A stretch of DNA of 64,000 nt from the human T2T-CHM13v2.0 reference genome, Homo sapiens: the NCBI RefSeq assembly GCF_009914755.1, contig NC_060940.1; one strand, 5' to 3'. Shown here one piece after another: positions 13,705-26,960 of this stretch. The position numbers were made by a program, and so were the translations under genes. Numbering within the stretch: position 1 is the first letter of the stretch; every line of letters starts with the position of its first letter. Below the pieces are notes generated by a model. The model did no database searches and was not told where the DNA came from. It saw only the letters and a program-made list of their open reading frames with translations.

Positions 13705-14857
13705 TGATTGTTGGCTGCTCAGCATCTACTCTCTAATTCTGAATATAGCACTTCATTTTTCCTTTTGGTAAAGCACCTTCCTGCCCTCTCAGCCCACCAG
13801 CACACTGGTGTAACTGGTATCAATTCAACACCTCTGTCCCCAGAGTCAAGGATGGATGTGTGTCCCAAGCCTAGTCAATCAGAATACTCCATCCTCACAA
13901 GGAGTGGTTCAGGGATGATCATGTGACAGTTTAGTTAAATGAGAGTCAATCTGGGAGTGTAAATTAGTTCAACTATTGTGGAAGACAGTGTAGTGATTCC
14001 TCTAAGACCTAGAGGCAGAAATGCCATTAGACCCAGCAATCCCATTACTGGGTATATATCCCAAAGGAATATAAATCATTCTATTATAAAGATACAGGCA
14101 CTTGTATGTTCACTGCAGCACTATTCACAATAGCAAAGACACGGAATCCATCTAAATGCCCATCAATGATAGACTGGATAAAGAAAATGTGGTACATATA
14201 CACCATGGAATACTATGCAGCCATAAAAATGGATGAGATCATGTTCTTTGCAGGGACATGAATGGAGTTGAAAGTCACTATCCTCAGCAAACTAATGTAA
14301 GAACAGAATATCAAACACTGCATTTTCTCACTTATAAGCAAGAGCTGAAAAATGAGAACACAAGGATACCTGGGGGGAAAAATGCACACTGGGGCCTGTC
14401 AGTCAGAGTGGTGGGGGACAGAGAGCATCAAGAAGAATAGCTAAGGGATGTTGGGCTTAATACTTAGGTGATGGGATAACCTGTGCAGCAAACCACCATG
14501 GCACATGTTTACCTATGTAACAAACCTACACAACCTGCACGTGTACCCCTGAACTTAAAAGGTGAAAAAAAAAAAGATAAGAGTATATCTCAGAATTCCT
14601 AGGGAGAAGCAAGGAGAAAGATAAGCTCTTCTGTCACTAGAACCCCTAACCTGGCAGCAGCCTTCAGCTGAGCTGCTGAAGCCTGTCTTGGGACTACAAG
14701 GGGAAAAAAACTCCCCAAAAATAAATCTTACAAGGAAAGTAGCAGGCCTGAGAGAAAAAGCCACTTCTGATGTCAGTTTGAACATCTGGATCCAAATAGA
14801 TTCATCCTGGATTTTTCAGTTGTGAATCAACAAATTCTACTTTTTCTGTTTAAGCTT
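13705..14857 (+). mobile_element. MLT1K-like MaLR LTR split by L1PA
   Basis: tgttggctgctcagcatc...cccaagcctagtcaatcag...ggttcagggatgatcatgtgac, resuming after the L1 to ggatttttcagttgtgaatcaacaaattc. Confidence 0.6.
13952..14575 (+). mobile_element. L1PA (about PA11-13) 3' fragment
   Basis: gggagtgtaaattagttcaac...caccatggaatactatgcagccataaaa...tacctatgtaacaaacct, A tail; degraded TSD atgagagtcaatct / ataagagtatatct. Confidence 0.92.
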
Positions 14858-15045
14858 GAGTTCCTGAACCTCAACACTATTGATAGTGTTTGGCTGGATG
14901 GGGGCTGGCTTGTACATTGCAGGATGTTTAGCAATGTTCCTGGCTTCTAGAGCCATTCTCACCCACGAGTCATGGCCACCAAAAACAGCTGCAATCATTG
15001 CCAACTGTCCCAAGGGGCAAAATCACCTCCTATTGAGAACCACTG
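14858..15045 (+). mobile_element. MER20 DNA transposon
   Basis: aacctcaacactattga...cattgcaggatgtttagca...ggggcaaaatcacctcctattgagaaccactg. Confidence 0.8.
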
Positions 15046-16137
15046 GTTTAAACCAGTTTTCAGGTTCCTATTGCTTGCAACCAAAAGTCACGAGCATACA
15101 GTAACCTATCAAATAATTCCCTACCCAATTTCCAGGAATAATTCTCACTCCTACATGCTTTTACTTTCCGTGGTACCTGGAACATCTTTCTATGGGCTTT
15201 GCTTTCCAAAGCCAGTCTGTTGATTTTACATTTTTTAAATATTGGTGTCAATGAAAGTAAGTCAATCAGATCAAGAACAGCTTAGCTCTCAGTCCCAGCA
15301 GTACTTGTACAAGTGACATATTTGGGGACATTGATTATACTTTTTCTTCCTCTTAAAAATTTAAACATCTTCCCTCATTTACTTTCTTTATTTTAGAATT
15401 CTCAGCAGTCAATTTTCTTTTATCTACAGGCCTTCCCTTCGATGGGAAACTAATCAATAAGAAATTAGATTTTTGCCAAGGTATTTTAAAGTAATGTAAC
15501 CAGCATATTTTTCTCTCATTCATGACTTTATTATTGTGAAATGAAAACAGAAATACCACATCCTTGAAACCCTCATTTTATTAAGCTCCATCACAGCTAC
15601 CTTCATTCATCGGAGCCATCTCTTCCAACGTCATTGTTTTGGGTGAAGCTTGTGTTTGATCACCAACCTCATATTTTAAATTGAAACTCAGCTGGAGTAG
15701 AGTTCTTCCCTCTGAATGAGGGATAGCAGTCTGGTAATTAGCAGCAAAGCTCAAGCAGACAGGCTGCATCCACTTATTCTATCTGAAATTCTTTTCCTTT
15801 TCTTTTTTTTTTTGGCCAGTAATTACTCTTATCTTGGTGAAGCTGACCCACCTCTTGGCCCCTCAATTGGAGTCTCCCTTTCAAGAAAATATCACATTGT
15901 GTTGAATAAGAAAATCAAAATGGAAATGAAGCTTCAAGAGGAGTCTAGCTACCATCTTTTCAATTGCCTTTTGAAACATCAGCTGGGTGGACTTTCAAGA
16001 CGCAGGCACAGTTAGATATGTGGATCTGTTTCTTAGATTGCACTTGTGTATCTGAAGACATCCATTATGCCTAAGAGGGAAGGAAATGAGCAAGGACTTC
16101 CCAATGCATACAGGTGCTTCGTAACACCTGGTGATCT

Positions 16138-16636
16138 TGTTACTGAAACACCAGAGGTTCAGTCTAGGTTCTAATGCTTGCTGCACAGAAAGCCAATCAC
16201 TGAGACAATGAGTATTGCCAGGGAAGAAGGCTTCAATTGGATCCTGCAGCCAAGAAGATGGGAGATCAGCATCAAATCCATTCCCCTAGCTGACTAAAAT
16301 TAGGTATTTTTATAGCAGGGAAGAAATGTAACCATTTGTGAGAAAACAGGAATTAGGGAGAGGAAAGGAAGAGGAGTTTGTCAACAAGAAGCAAGTGGTT
16401 GCTTAGGCAGTCATGATGGATGAAGGGTCGGGTGCTTTCACTGTCCAGATTCAGAGATCTGGTGAGTTTCAGCTCCTTGATTCTATCTGGGAAGCCTGAT
16501 GGTTGGAGGCCTGAGAAAGGAACTCAGATAAGACAAATGTAACTTTTGCAAGTTTCAAGACTGGGATGGCCAATTTCTATGTGTATTTAAAAGAAACCAT
16601 AAACATCAGTTCTATGGGACAATTGGGCCAGTTTCA
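16138..16636 (-). mobile_element. LOR1-like ERV1 solo LTR
   Basis: TG...CA ends; reverse strand begins tgaaactggcccaattgtcccatagaactgatgtttatggtttc. Confidence 0.75.
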
Positions 16637-17461
16637 GTTCGGCTCAGTTTTTTGGCATGGAAAGGAGGAAGAGACTATCAATAATATTAACAGTATAGCT
16701 ATATTGATCCTTTATTAGAGGGGGAGAAATCTATTTATTTGGGAGAGTAGCTTCAAAGTGTGCCAAGTCAGGGAATCAAAGGCACATTGGGAACAAGCTG
16801 ACCAAACATCAACCAGCATGAACGGTCTTGAGCCCTCAAGACCAAGATGAGCCAAGAACCCACTTCAAGTTTGACCAAAGCAGACAGTAAATAAGACCTC
16901 CCTGTAGGAACTCCGCTCTTGTTGCCTAAGCTACATTCCACCTTCCACACTGATAATTTTATCACAAAAACAAGCAAATGCAAAGGAAGAAAGTAGTGAT
17001 ATGATAGGATGACACATGATCTAGCCAATTCCATCTAGAAGGCAAATAAAGGACGGAGGCTTGGTGAGATTAATGCATTTATTCTTTCCAGAAATTATAG
17101 AGCCCTTACTCTTTGTCTGGTACTGTTCTAGGCTTGGAATACAAGCAAAGATCCCTGCAGTTGTGGGGTATACCCTGTAACAGGTGAAGAGTGACATATC
17201 AGAGGAAGGTCAGTGACTACAGATGAAAGGGATTGCATTGTAGGACATTTCCCATGTCCTACAAGCCTCCTCCTGCCTTTGGTAGAGGTGAGTGTAAATA
17301 AACAAAATGTTTCCTGCACTCAAATGCCCTCCTCTATTTTATTTGTTATGGGAGCAAACTTCCATCTCCAGGACAGCAGAGTGTAGAGCATCTTCTGGTG
17401 TGGTAGCTGTGGTGAGTTAGCTTGAGCTGAAGCCAATGTGGGCAACTGTCTACTTAAATAA

Positions 17462-17800
<339 letters not shown>

Positions 17801-17810
17801 CAGAGGGCGG

Positions 17811-18236
17811 TGTCTTAGTCCATCTTGCGTTGCTATAAACAAATACCTGAGGTTGGGTAATTTATAAACAAACAAAGGTTTATTTAGCTACTGGTTCTGC
17901 AGGCTGTCCATGAAGCACGGTGCCAGTATCTGCATCTGGTGAGGGCCTCAGGCTGCTTCCACTCATGGTGGAAGGTGAAGAGGAGCTCGCATATGCAGAG
18001 ATCACATGGCGAGAGGGGAAGCAAGAGAAAGAGGGGGAGGTATCAAGCCTTTTTAACAATCAGCTCTCACAGGAACTAATACAGCAGTAACTCACTTATA
18101 AACATGAGGAGGGCACCAAGCCATTCATGAGGGATCTGCCTCCATGACCCCAACCCCTCCCATGAGTCTGCCACCTCCAACATTGGGATCAAACTTCAAC
18201 ATGAGCTTTAGGGGGACAAATACTGAGACGATAGCA
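17811..18236 (-). mobile_element. MSTB-like MaLR solo LTR
   Basis: tgtcttagtcc...atagca; 5-bp TSD ggcgg / ggcag. Confidence 0.88.
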
Positions 18237-18259
18237 GGCAGTCAGCAAAAACAAGAACT

Positions 18260-18450
18260 AGCATGTGTTGAGTCTGCTTGATTCATCCTTTCACATATAT
18301 CATGTCTCATTTCACTTCCACAACAATTCTATGAGGTATGTATGTATTAGCCCCATCTCACAGATGAAGAAACTGAGGCTGAGAGAGACTAAATGGCTTG
18401 CACAAGATCTGTCTGACTCCAAGTTCTACAGGCTTTCTGCATTGTTGTGC
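18260..18450 (-). mobile_element. MIR
   Basis: cacaacaattctatgaggta...cagatgaagaaactgaggctgagagag. Confidence 0.85.
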
Positions 18451-19159
18451 TGCCTATTTCACCCAATAAAGTCCAACCCATCCGCATGAGAGTGTTAATA
18501 AATCAATAACCTGAGTACTTCCTGGGGCTGGCTCTGTGTCTATCCCTAGATTGGGCACTGTGAGGGGTATGAAATTAAGGTACAGTCTTTGTTCTCCTGA
18601 GACTAAGTTAGCTAAGGAAACAAAGGGAAAAGCATTCATTCAATATTTAACGAACCATACCAACACTCCACCCACATTCACCCTATCTTACGCAAATACT
18701 TGTGGATCCCAAAACGTGCCATGCCTTTGCACAAGTCTGCAATGCCCTTTCCTCTCTCCTCTCTGCTTCAACCTACATCATCTTCATCTCGCAAGAGTTA
18801 GATCATCCAGAAAGCCCCTCTAAACCCACAGGCTAGTTGGTGGACTTTCTTCTATGAATTCCATGGACCCTGGTGCTCCTCTCCGCCATAAAACTCTCTG
18901 GAAAAAAAATCAGTGAGAGCTTCAGAAGTTAGGGAACCCTGTAAGTGAGATGACTGGGGAGAAAACAAAAGCCTGAGATGGGGAAATGGCTAAAGACAAA
19001 AGAGGAAGGAATATGTATGTGGCCCAAGGTGGTATCATCTACAACAGAAAACTGACAGCCAGGTAAGGGACTGTATAGAGCTAGGGATGTTGTCACAGTA
19101 AGAAATAGAAGATATCATTACTCAAAGCCAAGTTAATTACGATGTTCTGCTTTCACTTA

Positions 19160-19540
19160 TTTTTTCTAAGTGCTTCCACCTCTGGAAGCATTTCTGATCA
19201 GCACAACTGTGAGGTTGGTAGTAGGTATTATCATTCCCATTTAGTGGAAGGAGAAACTGAGATGCTCAGAGAGGTTAGGTGAGCTGCCCAAGGACACACA
19301 GCATGAAGACACTAAGGCAGCAGAATGGTTGAGATCAGACTTTCTGGTGTCAGGCCTACAGCTCTCAACCACCTGGCCATGTGACCTTGGACAAGAGACT
19401 TAACTTCTCCAAGACTCAGTTTCCACACCTAATAAAAGGGGACTAAAGAATCTCTACTTCGTAGAGATGTTGTATGGTGACATAATCATACGAGACCTTT
19501 GTCAGTCCTTGACATATCTGTAACAATAAATCTTTGTTCC
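19160..19540. mobile_element. Two adjacent MIRs in opposite orientation (- then +)
   Basis: gaaactgagatgctcagagaggttagg (-), then tgtgaccttggacaag...ctcagtttcc (+). Confidence 0.75.
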
Positions 19541-20249
19541 ACTCATCACCACTGCTTTTGTTTCGCTGGGATCATCTGCAAAACCGCTTGTGTGAAACTC
19601 TGGTCCCAGCTGCTCTCCAGGGACACCAGGGCTTCCTTGCAAAATATAGCAGCCAAGATGGCTTTGGGCCCCCAAGTTTCTGAGCTCTTGTTTGACTGCA
19701 CATCCCCTTCCTTAGAAAGCCAGCATCTTCACGTTTCCTTTCTAAGCTGCCAGGAATAAATGCCAGGTTCTGGCTTTATGGAACAGTTTGGGAAATAATT
19801 AGTTTGCCTTCCACAGAGGCCAGAGTTCACTTCTAAGATATTTAAAACTCTACTGATGGCTTAAAATAAATATCACAATGGAGATGTCAAAATATCTATG
19901 TGTTCTTACACATGACATTGGAGGGGAGGGGAGACTAAAAAAATGTAAATGGATTTACCAAAATAATCTCGAGGTAAGACCTTTGAGGCTTGATACCACA
20001 GAAGTGCCATATTGTTTTTAAGTTTCTTTTTTTTTCTTTTGTAAGTTTATTTTTCTCCTCGGAGGGCACTGAAAGTTTTGTTGTGAGAAGCAATAAAGTT
20101 CTGTTTTCCAAAAGAAAATAAAAGCATGATTGTATTTTTAAAAATCAATCTTAATAATTTCCAGCCATTACTTTATGAGCTTAATGCAACTCCCAAACAC
20201 TGATAACTGATTTCTCCAACTGGAAGATGCGAAGCGCACCCAACGGATG

Positions 20250-20450
20250 CCAAGTTCCGGGCTGAGTACTTTAAATATTTATTGAATTATTAATCCTCAT
20301 AAGTGCTCAGTGAGGCAGGAATGATATTCCTCATTCTGTAGGGGAGGTAATGGAGACCCTCAGGTACTTGCCTAAAAACATGGGGATAATAAAGCAGAAA
20401 GTCAGGATTGAAGCCTAAGTGTCCTTATCCTGACTCCATGCTCTTTCCAG
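20250..20450 (-). mobile_element. MIR
   Basis: taatcctcataa...gtgaggcagg...cttgcctaa...caggattgaagcc...tgactcc. Confidence 0.6.
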
Positions 20451-20628
20451 TGAGTTCTTCGCCCCATCCAGATCTAGGAGTGCTGAACACTCAACAACAT
20501 TATCAGGCAAGACAACAAACACACCCGTGTCAACTGGAGTTTGTGGCTAGTATAAAGCAATATAGAGTAAATCTCAAAGAGAAGTAGGTCAAAGAAATAC
20601 CTACAACCTCAAGAATGTGTCCTTTTCT

Positions 20629-20762
20629 GGCTGGGAGCAGTGCCTCATGCCCGTAATCCTAGCACTTTGGGAGGCTAAGGCAGGAGGATCACTTGAGCCC
20701 AGGAGTTCGAGACTGGCCTGGGCAGCACAGCGAGGTCTCGACTCTATTATTTTTTAAAAAAT
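20629..20762 (+). mobile_element. FLAM_C-like Alu monomer
   Basis: Single monomer; TSD agaatgtgtcctttt / agaatatgtcctttc. Confidence 0.9.
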
Positions 20763-20849
20763 AGAATATGTCCTTTCCCCCTTGCCTGCCTGGATAAAAC
20801 CTTCTTTTTTATCTCTTGCTGCTTCCCACTTCGCATTTTCTGCTCTGTT

Positions 20850-21270
20850 AAACATCAAACCGCTTCTGTTGCCCAGAACTATGTCTCAGGTTCCACGCAA
20901 CTGTGCCTCTGCAATGCTGTGCCTTTTTCCCAAATGCTGTTCCTCTACAATCCACTTAGCAAACTCCTGTTCATCCATCAAAACCCTGATAAAACATAAC
21001 CTTTTAAAAGAAGTCATCTTCATCCCTCTCCCACTTCTAGACCCAATGGAATTCACACGTTCCTCTTAGTCTTCTCTCCATAGCATGTACATGCTTACAT
21101 TTTTATAATTATTGCAACGTCTGGGATTTGGGTCTCTGGGTTAGTTGATTGGTTTGGCTGATATATCAGTCTCCCTCACCCGACTGGCTTTCCTATAGGC
21201 AGGGGCTATGCCTGAATCCACCTTTGTATCCTCTATGCCCAGCCCTGTGCCCAAGTCAAAACAAGCATCG
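20850..21270 (+). mobile_element. L2 fragment
   Basis: gcaaactcctgttcatccatcaaaaccc...gtctccctcacccgactg...ggcaggggctatg...ctttgtatcc. Confidence 0.65.
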
Positions 21271-21669
21271 AATTGAATTGAATCAAAATTGAAAATGAAA
21301 ACAAATATCTTGGAGAACTAGAATATAGGGAAACAAGTGTTAATGTTGTAAGAGTCTATTGCAGAGCAATCAACCAGACCATGTTTCCCTAATACCGATT
21401 ACAAAGCTGGCACAGAGGCAAGACGGAGCAGCAGTGGGGATTTATGCTCTCTGGACATCTGTTGGGCGTCTCTTCTGATAAATCCTCGCCTTGCCCTGCT
21501 GATGATCTCATCTTTCAGAAGACAGAGGAAGCGACAGAGGAAACGGTTACTTGCCACTAAATCCTGGCAACGAGGAAACACTGGTTAATGAGAAAAGTGG
21601 AATCGTTAGGAGAAAAAAAAATGGGCACATAATCCTAGAGTTAATGATGGTGCAAGAAAGGAAGAAAGA

Positions 21670-21860
21670 AAATAAGCACCCATTAAAAACCTACAGTGTG
21701 CCGCCTACTTTACGTGTGTTACTACATTTAATTCTCACAACAACCCTGGGAGGTGGGTTTCAGTCACTTCCATTCACAGAAAAGAAAGCCAGAAAATGGA
21801 GAAAGTAACTTGCCCAAGCTCATAAAAGGCAAGTCTATCTGCCTGCAAACCCCCAGTTCT
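21670..21860 (-). mobile_element. MIR
   Basis: catttaattctcacaacaaccctgggagg...aagtaacttgcccaag. Confidence 0.75.
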
Positions 21861-21934
21861 AACCTCACACCAGGCTGCTGAGCAAAAAAAGCAAGGCATT
21901 GCCTGACTTCAAACCTAGAGTTGATGAATAAGGC

Positions 21935-21975
21935 AGCGTCAATCTGTATAGGCTAGGTAATGATACAGTAACAAA

Positions 21976-22008
<33 letters not shown>

Positions 22009-22364
22009 TACACACACACTGAAATCCAAATCACGGTCATGTGACACGATCAAGCTATTTCTTCCAGCCTTGGCAGCTTTCTAGGACAGGCAGCCACCCT
22101 CCTTTGTGTGCTGGCTCAGTTCTCCACTTTGCTTCCACCTCATGAGGCTCCATCTCAACAGATGCTTCAGAGCTTGCCTCATTCAGGGGGAAAAAAAAAG
22201 CCCCGGAGGATCTCACCCCAGTAATTAAATGCTGCCACCCAGAAGTCACATATGCCACTTCCACTCGTGTGGCACAACTCAAGGCCAAGGGGCAGAGAAG
22301 TGCAATTCTCCACCCAGAAGGAAAACAAGCCAGAAATGGTTGTGCAACGAAAATTCCAACCACA
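21935..22364 (-). mobile_element. MLT1J/K-like MaLR LTR containing a (CA)n tract at 21976-22019
   Basis: ataggctaggtaatgatacagtaacaaa...cccagaagtcacatatgccacttccactc...ggggcagagaagtgcaattc. Confidence 0.55.
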
Positions 22365-22652
22365 GTAGCTTTTTGAAAGATGAGAAAGCAAGCTTCCATA
22401 TGCAGCAATGAACACTGGCCAAGCCCGGCCTCTGTGTACTACCAGGGGAGAGAGGAGAAACATGAAAACAAAAATTAATATGTAGAAGGCAATGATCAAA
22501 AAGAGAGAGACAAAGGGAGTGATGTTGATGGGAGAACTGGGTTATGGAAAAGGATTTCACAAGAATCACCAAGCACATGTGGAAGGTCAGTGCCATGAAC
22601 AAGGTCCCCGGACACAACCCAAGAAGGAAATATTGTGCAAAATAGATTGGAG

Positions 22653-23028
22653 TGCCTTCGTCAGTTCAGGCTCCTATAACAAAATACCACAGCCTGGGGC
22701 TTAAACAACAGAAGTTTCTTTCTCGGAGCTTTGGAAGCTGGAAGTCCAAGATCAGGGTGCCAGCATGGTTGGTTCCAGTGAGGGTTCATTTTACGGTGTG
22801 TAGACAGCAACTTTCTTGCTGTGTCCTCACTTGGCAGAGAGGGAGAGAGCACCAGCCTCTTTCTCTTCTTATAGGGACACTAATCCCATTGATAAGGGCT
22901 CCACCCTTGTGATTTAATTACCTCCCAAAGGCCCTACCTAATATCATCCCAGTGAGATATCATCCCGTTGGAGGTTAGGGTTTCAACACATGAATTTGTG
23001 TGGGGGACACAAACATAGCTCCATAGAA
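22653..23028 (-). mobile_element. MLT1A-like MaLR solo LTR
   Basis: ctataacaaaataccacag...ggaagtccaagatcagggtgccagca...acctcccaaaggccc...tttcaacacatgaattt. Confidence 0.88.
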
Positions 23029-23214
23029 AAGAGTCTCAGAAATTGTGTCTACCCATTCAATTTTTACCATTCAATTCCATTCCCGGGAATTAGGAAGAAG
23101 CAATTAATAGGACTAATAAGAGCTGTCTGGAGGCTCTTATTGACAAGGCTGTGAGCAAAGGATACAAGGTGGGACACAAAACTGCTTTGAAAATGGAAGC
23201 AAGATAGCCTGATA

Positions 23215-23400
23215 GAAAAGGCACTGGGCCTTTGCCACTGTCCTCTGTGGCTTTATAAAGTTACTTAACCTCTCTGAGCCTTGGTTTGCTTCTATGTGCA
23301 ACGGGAATAATATACTATCTGCCTCAAAAGGTAGTTGTGAGGATTGAGAAGATCCTGCAGGTAATATACACATCAAAGTGCCCAGCAAGATGTTAGAACA
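23215..23400 (+). mobile_element. MIR
   Basis: aagttacttaacctctctgagccttggttt...gttgtgaggatt. Confidence 0.8.
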
Positions 23401-23454
23401 AGGAAAACAATCATAAGAAGGATGAGCATGACAATAAACTCTCCAATTGGATAA

Positions 23455-23854
<400 letters not shown>

Positions 23855-23879
23855 GACCCTTTTTGTTCTTATTTGATCA

Positions 23880-24210
23880 TTCCAGGAATGCTCATACCTT
23901 AGTGCCTAGGTACTGTGGGGTTCTCTCTTCCTAGAACACTTCTCAGAAAATGAGAGAATGTCTTGTTCAAGTGCTATTATATTTACTCATTGAAACCTTC
24001 CATAATTACCTACTTGAAATTATAGCATCCACTCCACTCCTCACACTCTCTATCCTCTTTCCTTCCTGTATTTTCACATTGGTAATTATCATTTCCTAAT
24101 ATACAAAATCATATACACTTTTTTATTGTCTATCCCCCCTTCATTAGAATATATTCTGAAACTTAGATGAATTCTCCAGCCAAGAAAAACATCTGACACA
24201 TAGTACGCAT
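23880..24210 (+). mobile_element. L2 fragment
   Basis: ttattgtctatccccc...ttagaatat...tctgacacatagtacgc. Confidence 0.6.
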
Positions 24211-24321
24211 TTATCACTACGCATCGTTTTTGTTGTTGTTGTTAGAGCAACCCTGCATTTCTCTACTCTGATCCATTACATTTTAATTTTATATTTTAGC
24301 AACAGGGAATGCCTTATTTCT

Positions 24322-24666
24322 TTGTGGAGGTTTTTTTATTTTGTTGTTTGTTCTTCTGTTGTTTGTTTTTTTGTTTGTTTGTTTTTGAGACGGACTCTTC
24401 CTCTGTCGCCCAGGCTGGAGTGCAGTGGTACAATCTCGGCTCATTGCAAGCTCCGCCTCCCAGGTTCAGCCATTCTCCTGCCTCAGCCTCCTGAGTAGCT
24501 GGGATTACAGGTGCCCACCACCACTCCTGGCTAATTTTTTGTATTTTTAGTAGAGATGGGGTTTCACTGTGTTAGCCAGGATGGTCTCGATCTCCTGACA
24601 TCATGATCTGCCTGCCTCGGTCTCTCAAAGTGCTGGGATTACAGGTTTGAGCCACCGTGCCCGGCC
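24322..24666 (-). mobile_element. AluY/AluSc-type, full length, long mixed tail
   Basis: Dimeric Alu; TSD agggaatgccttatttct (24304-24321) / agggcatgtcttatttct (24668-24685). Confidence 0.95.
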
Positions 24667-25004
24667 TAGGGCATGTCTTATTTCTATATACTCCTTCTAC
24701 ACCTTTTACTCTGGCATTGCAAATTCCTAGCAAAACATCCTGAAGGGTTCATGCTGAAAGGGCAACCTACTCTTCCCATACTATCTTACTGAAACTTGTT
24801 CTTACTTCAGTCTTGGAGCTGCCCATTACATGAGCCTTGCAGTGGCTTGGACATCAACCTGTGAGAAGTCGCCAGCATCCAAAATATCTGAGACTCACAG
24901 AAGACTCAGCATAAGCTCCTGTAACGACTGTATTTCCTCAACTGCAGGATCAAGGTGTGGCTGTGAATGTCACTCTCATCAGTACTCATTTTGTACTGCT
25001 TATG

Positions 25005-25033
25005 GTTTGTTTGTTTGTTTGTTTGTTTGTTTT
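25005..25033. repeat. (GTTT)n microsatellite
   Basis: Read directly. Confidence 0.9.
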
Positions 25034-25471
25034 CAGGGAAATGAGGTTGAGATCAAAACCAGGACCCAGCTCATGTGATTCTGTATCATAAAGAATATGG
25101 AAGTACATGTATGGAGCTCTAGTGAAATTTGCTTGGACTCAGTTAAGATGCAATGGTTTGCAAGTAGTTATAACACCTCAATTCCTGGGACAACTTCCGA
25201 TTACTTTTAGAACACAGAGACACAATATGGGCATCATTTCAATATCAGATCTTATTTGTCTGAAAATACCAGATCACTAGGGCAATGAAATAAACAACCA
25301 GCTACAAACCAGCTACAAATTATCTAGAGGGTACAGCCTCCATTCTCTACAGGAAAAGAGATTCACATTCTTAGTACCAGGCCCAGCAATAAACACCTTA
25401 AATATTAATGTTATTCCATTTCATATCCACAATAAGCACTACGGCAAGGTAAATTCTATCGGCTCCATTTT

Positions 25472-25743
25472 ATTTTTAATTGCCCAGGCTGGAATGTAGT
25501 AGTGCAATCACAACTCACTGCAGCCTCAACCTCCCAGGCTCAAGCCGTCCTCCCACCTCTCAGCCTCCCGAGTAGCTGGGATGACAGGTCCATGCCACCA
25601 CACCCGGCTAATCTTTGTATTTTTTGTAGGGACAGGGTTTCACCATGTTGCCCAGTCTGCTCTCGAACTCCTGGGCTCAAGCGGTCCTCCCGCCTCGGCC
25701 TCCCAAAGTGCTAAGATTACAGGCGTGAGTCACTGTGCCCGGA
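25472..25743 (-). mobile_element. AluJ inserted in an antisense MIR (about 25400-25880)
   Basis: J features; TSD ggctccatttt / ggccccatttt; MIR resumes at aaggaaattaaggctcaga. Confidence 0.92.
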
Positions 25744-25914
25744 GGCCCCATTTTTCAGGCAAGGAAATTAAGGCTCAGAAACACTAATATCATTGCCCAA
25801 CTTCATGCATATAGCAAAAGACAGGGTTAGAAGTCATAGCTATGTCTTCCTGACTCTAGACTGTGCTTTTTCCACTACAAGGGATGAAATTGGGGAAAAT
25901 AAACTGCTCAAATG

Positions 25915-26092
25915 AATAAAATGCTCAAATAAAAAAATACAAATAAATAAATAATTTTATATTTTAGCAACAGGGAATGCCTTCTTTGTGGGTTTTTTTT
26001 TATTTTGTTGTTGTTTTTTTTTTTTGAGACGGAGTCTTTCTCCATCTCAAAAATAAATAAATAAATAAATAAAAATAAAATGCTCAAATAAA
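25915..26092. other. Chimeric insertion: copy of 24284-24403 fused to a 9-bp Alu 3' end plus A tail, bracketed by a 19-bp direct repeat
   Basis: aataaaatgctcaaataaa at 25915 and 26074; taattttatattttagcaacagggaatgcctt identical at 24284 and 25952. Confidence 0.85.
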
Positions 26093-26719
26093 TAAAAACA
26101 AACCAATGAACAGGAGTGCTGGTAGACCTGCTTCTTTGCGACTGCTTAATGGCTTAAAGGGCCATTCATTTGGTTTTGAAGCCACCAAAGCCAGGGCAAG
26201 GTGAAACGTTTAGTCCAAATGGGTCCCTCACCCCATTTGGGAACCAATCACTGTCCCCTATAGACCTAGTTCATTGAAGGCATTTAACTGAATCCAATCA
26301 TCCACATTACTAATTGACCTCCACAAGCCAACAAAAGAAAAGATCGGTTCATCCAATTAACCTTGGGACTAGCTCACCCTTGATCTCAATGCTCATCCAG
26401 ATGGAGAGAAGTCCTCTGGGCCAAGATTGGGAAACTGAGCCCCCCTTTCTCAAAGCTGGCAGCTTTTTAAAGGCCACCAACTCCATTTCACAAGAGATGA
26501 GGAGAGACAGATGGTGAATAGAGTACCTGCAAAAACTCAAAGATACACAGGACCAGTGTAGCAACTTGCACACTTGCAACTTGTATTTCCCCCTTTTTCC
26601 TCCCAAGTAGTCTCAGTCTCCCAACCTGATTGTCTTATAAGCCAAAACAGCTTTTGCGCAGCTTGATAGCCTCAGCCTTGATTTTTAAATGACTAGAAAT
26701 TCAGGAGGCAAAAGAGCGA

Positions 26720-26960
26720 TAGTCTTAGCTCAAAAGTCAACCGGACCTGGGTTTGAATCCCAGATCCACAGCACAACAGCTGCAAAACCTTGAGCAATTA
26801 GTGATATCTCTAAGCCTCGGTTTCTTCATCTCTAGAAGGGAAATACAAACATAGTGTCTTCCTTTCATTAGGTTGTGGCTGTGAAGTGAAGAAATTACAG
26901 GTAAAGCCTTCGACATGGGGCTCAGCACACAGCAAGTACTCAATAAATGTTGGTTATTTA
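26720..26960 (+). mobile_element. MIR, near full length
   Basis: gacctgggtttgaatcccag...gcctcggtttcttcatct...tactcaataaatgtt. Confidence 0.85.

Noticed and set aside
20629-20762. FLAM monomers as 7SL RNA genes (also 4090, 29078, 34210, 45073)
   Set aside because: They lack the 7SL S domain and carry tails, most with TSDs, so they are retroposed monomers.
25296-25320. Short micro-duplications (aaccagctaca x2; similar at about 17463, 21521, 22942 and 49930)
   Set aside because: Ordinary slippage products expected at background frequency.
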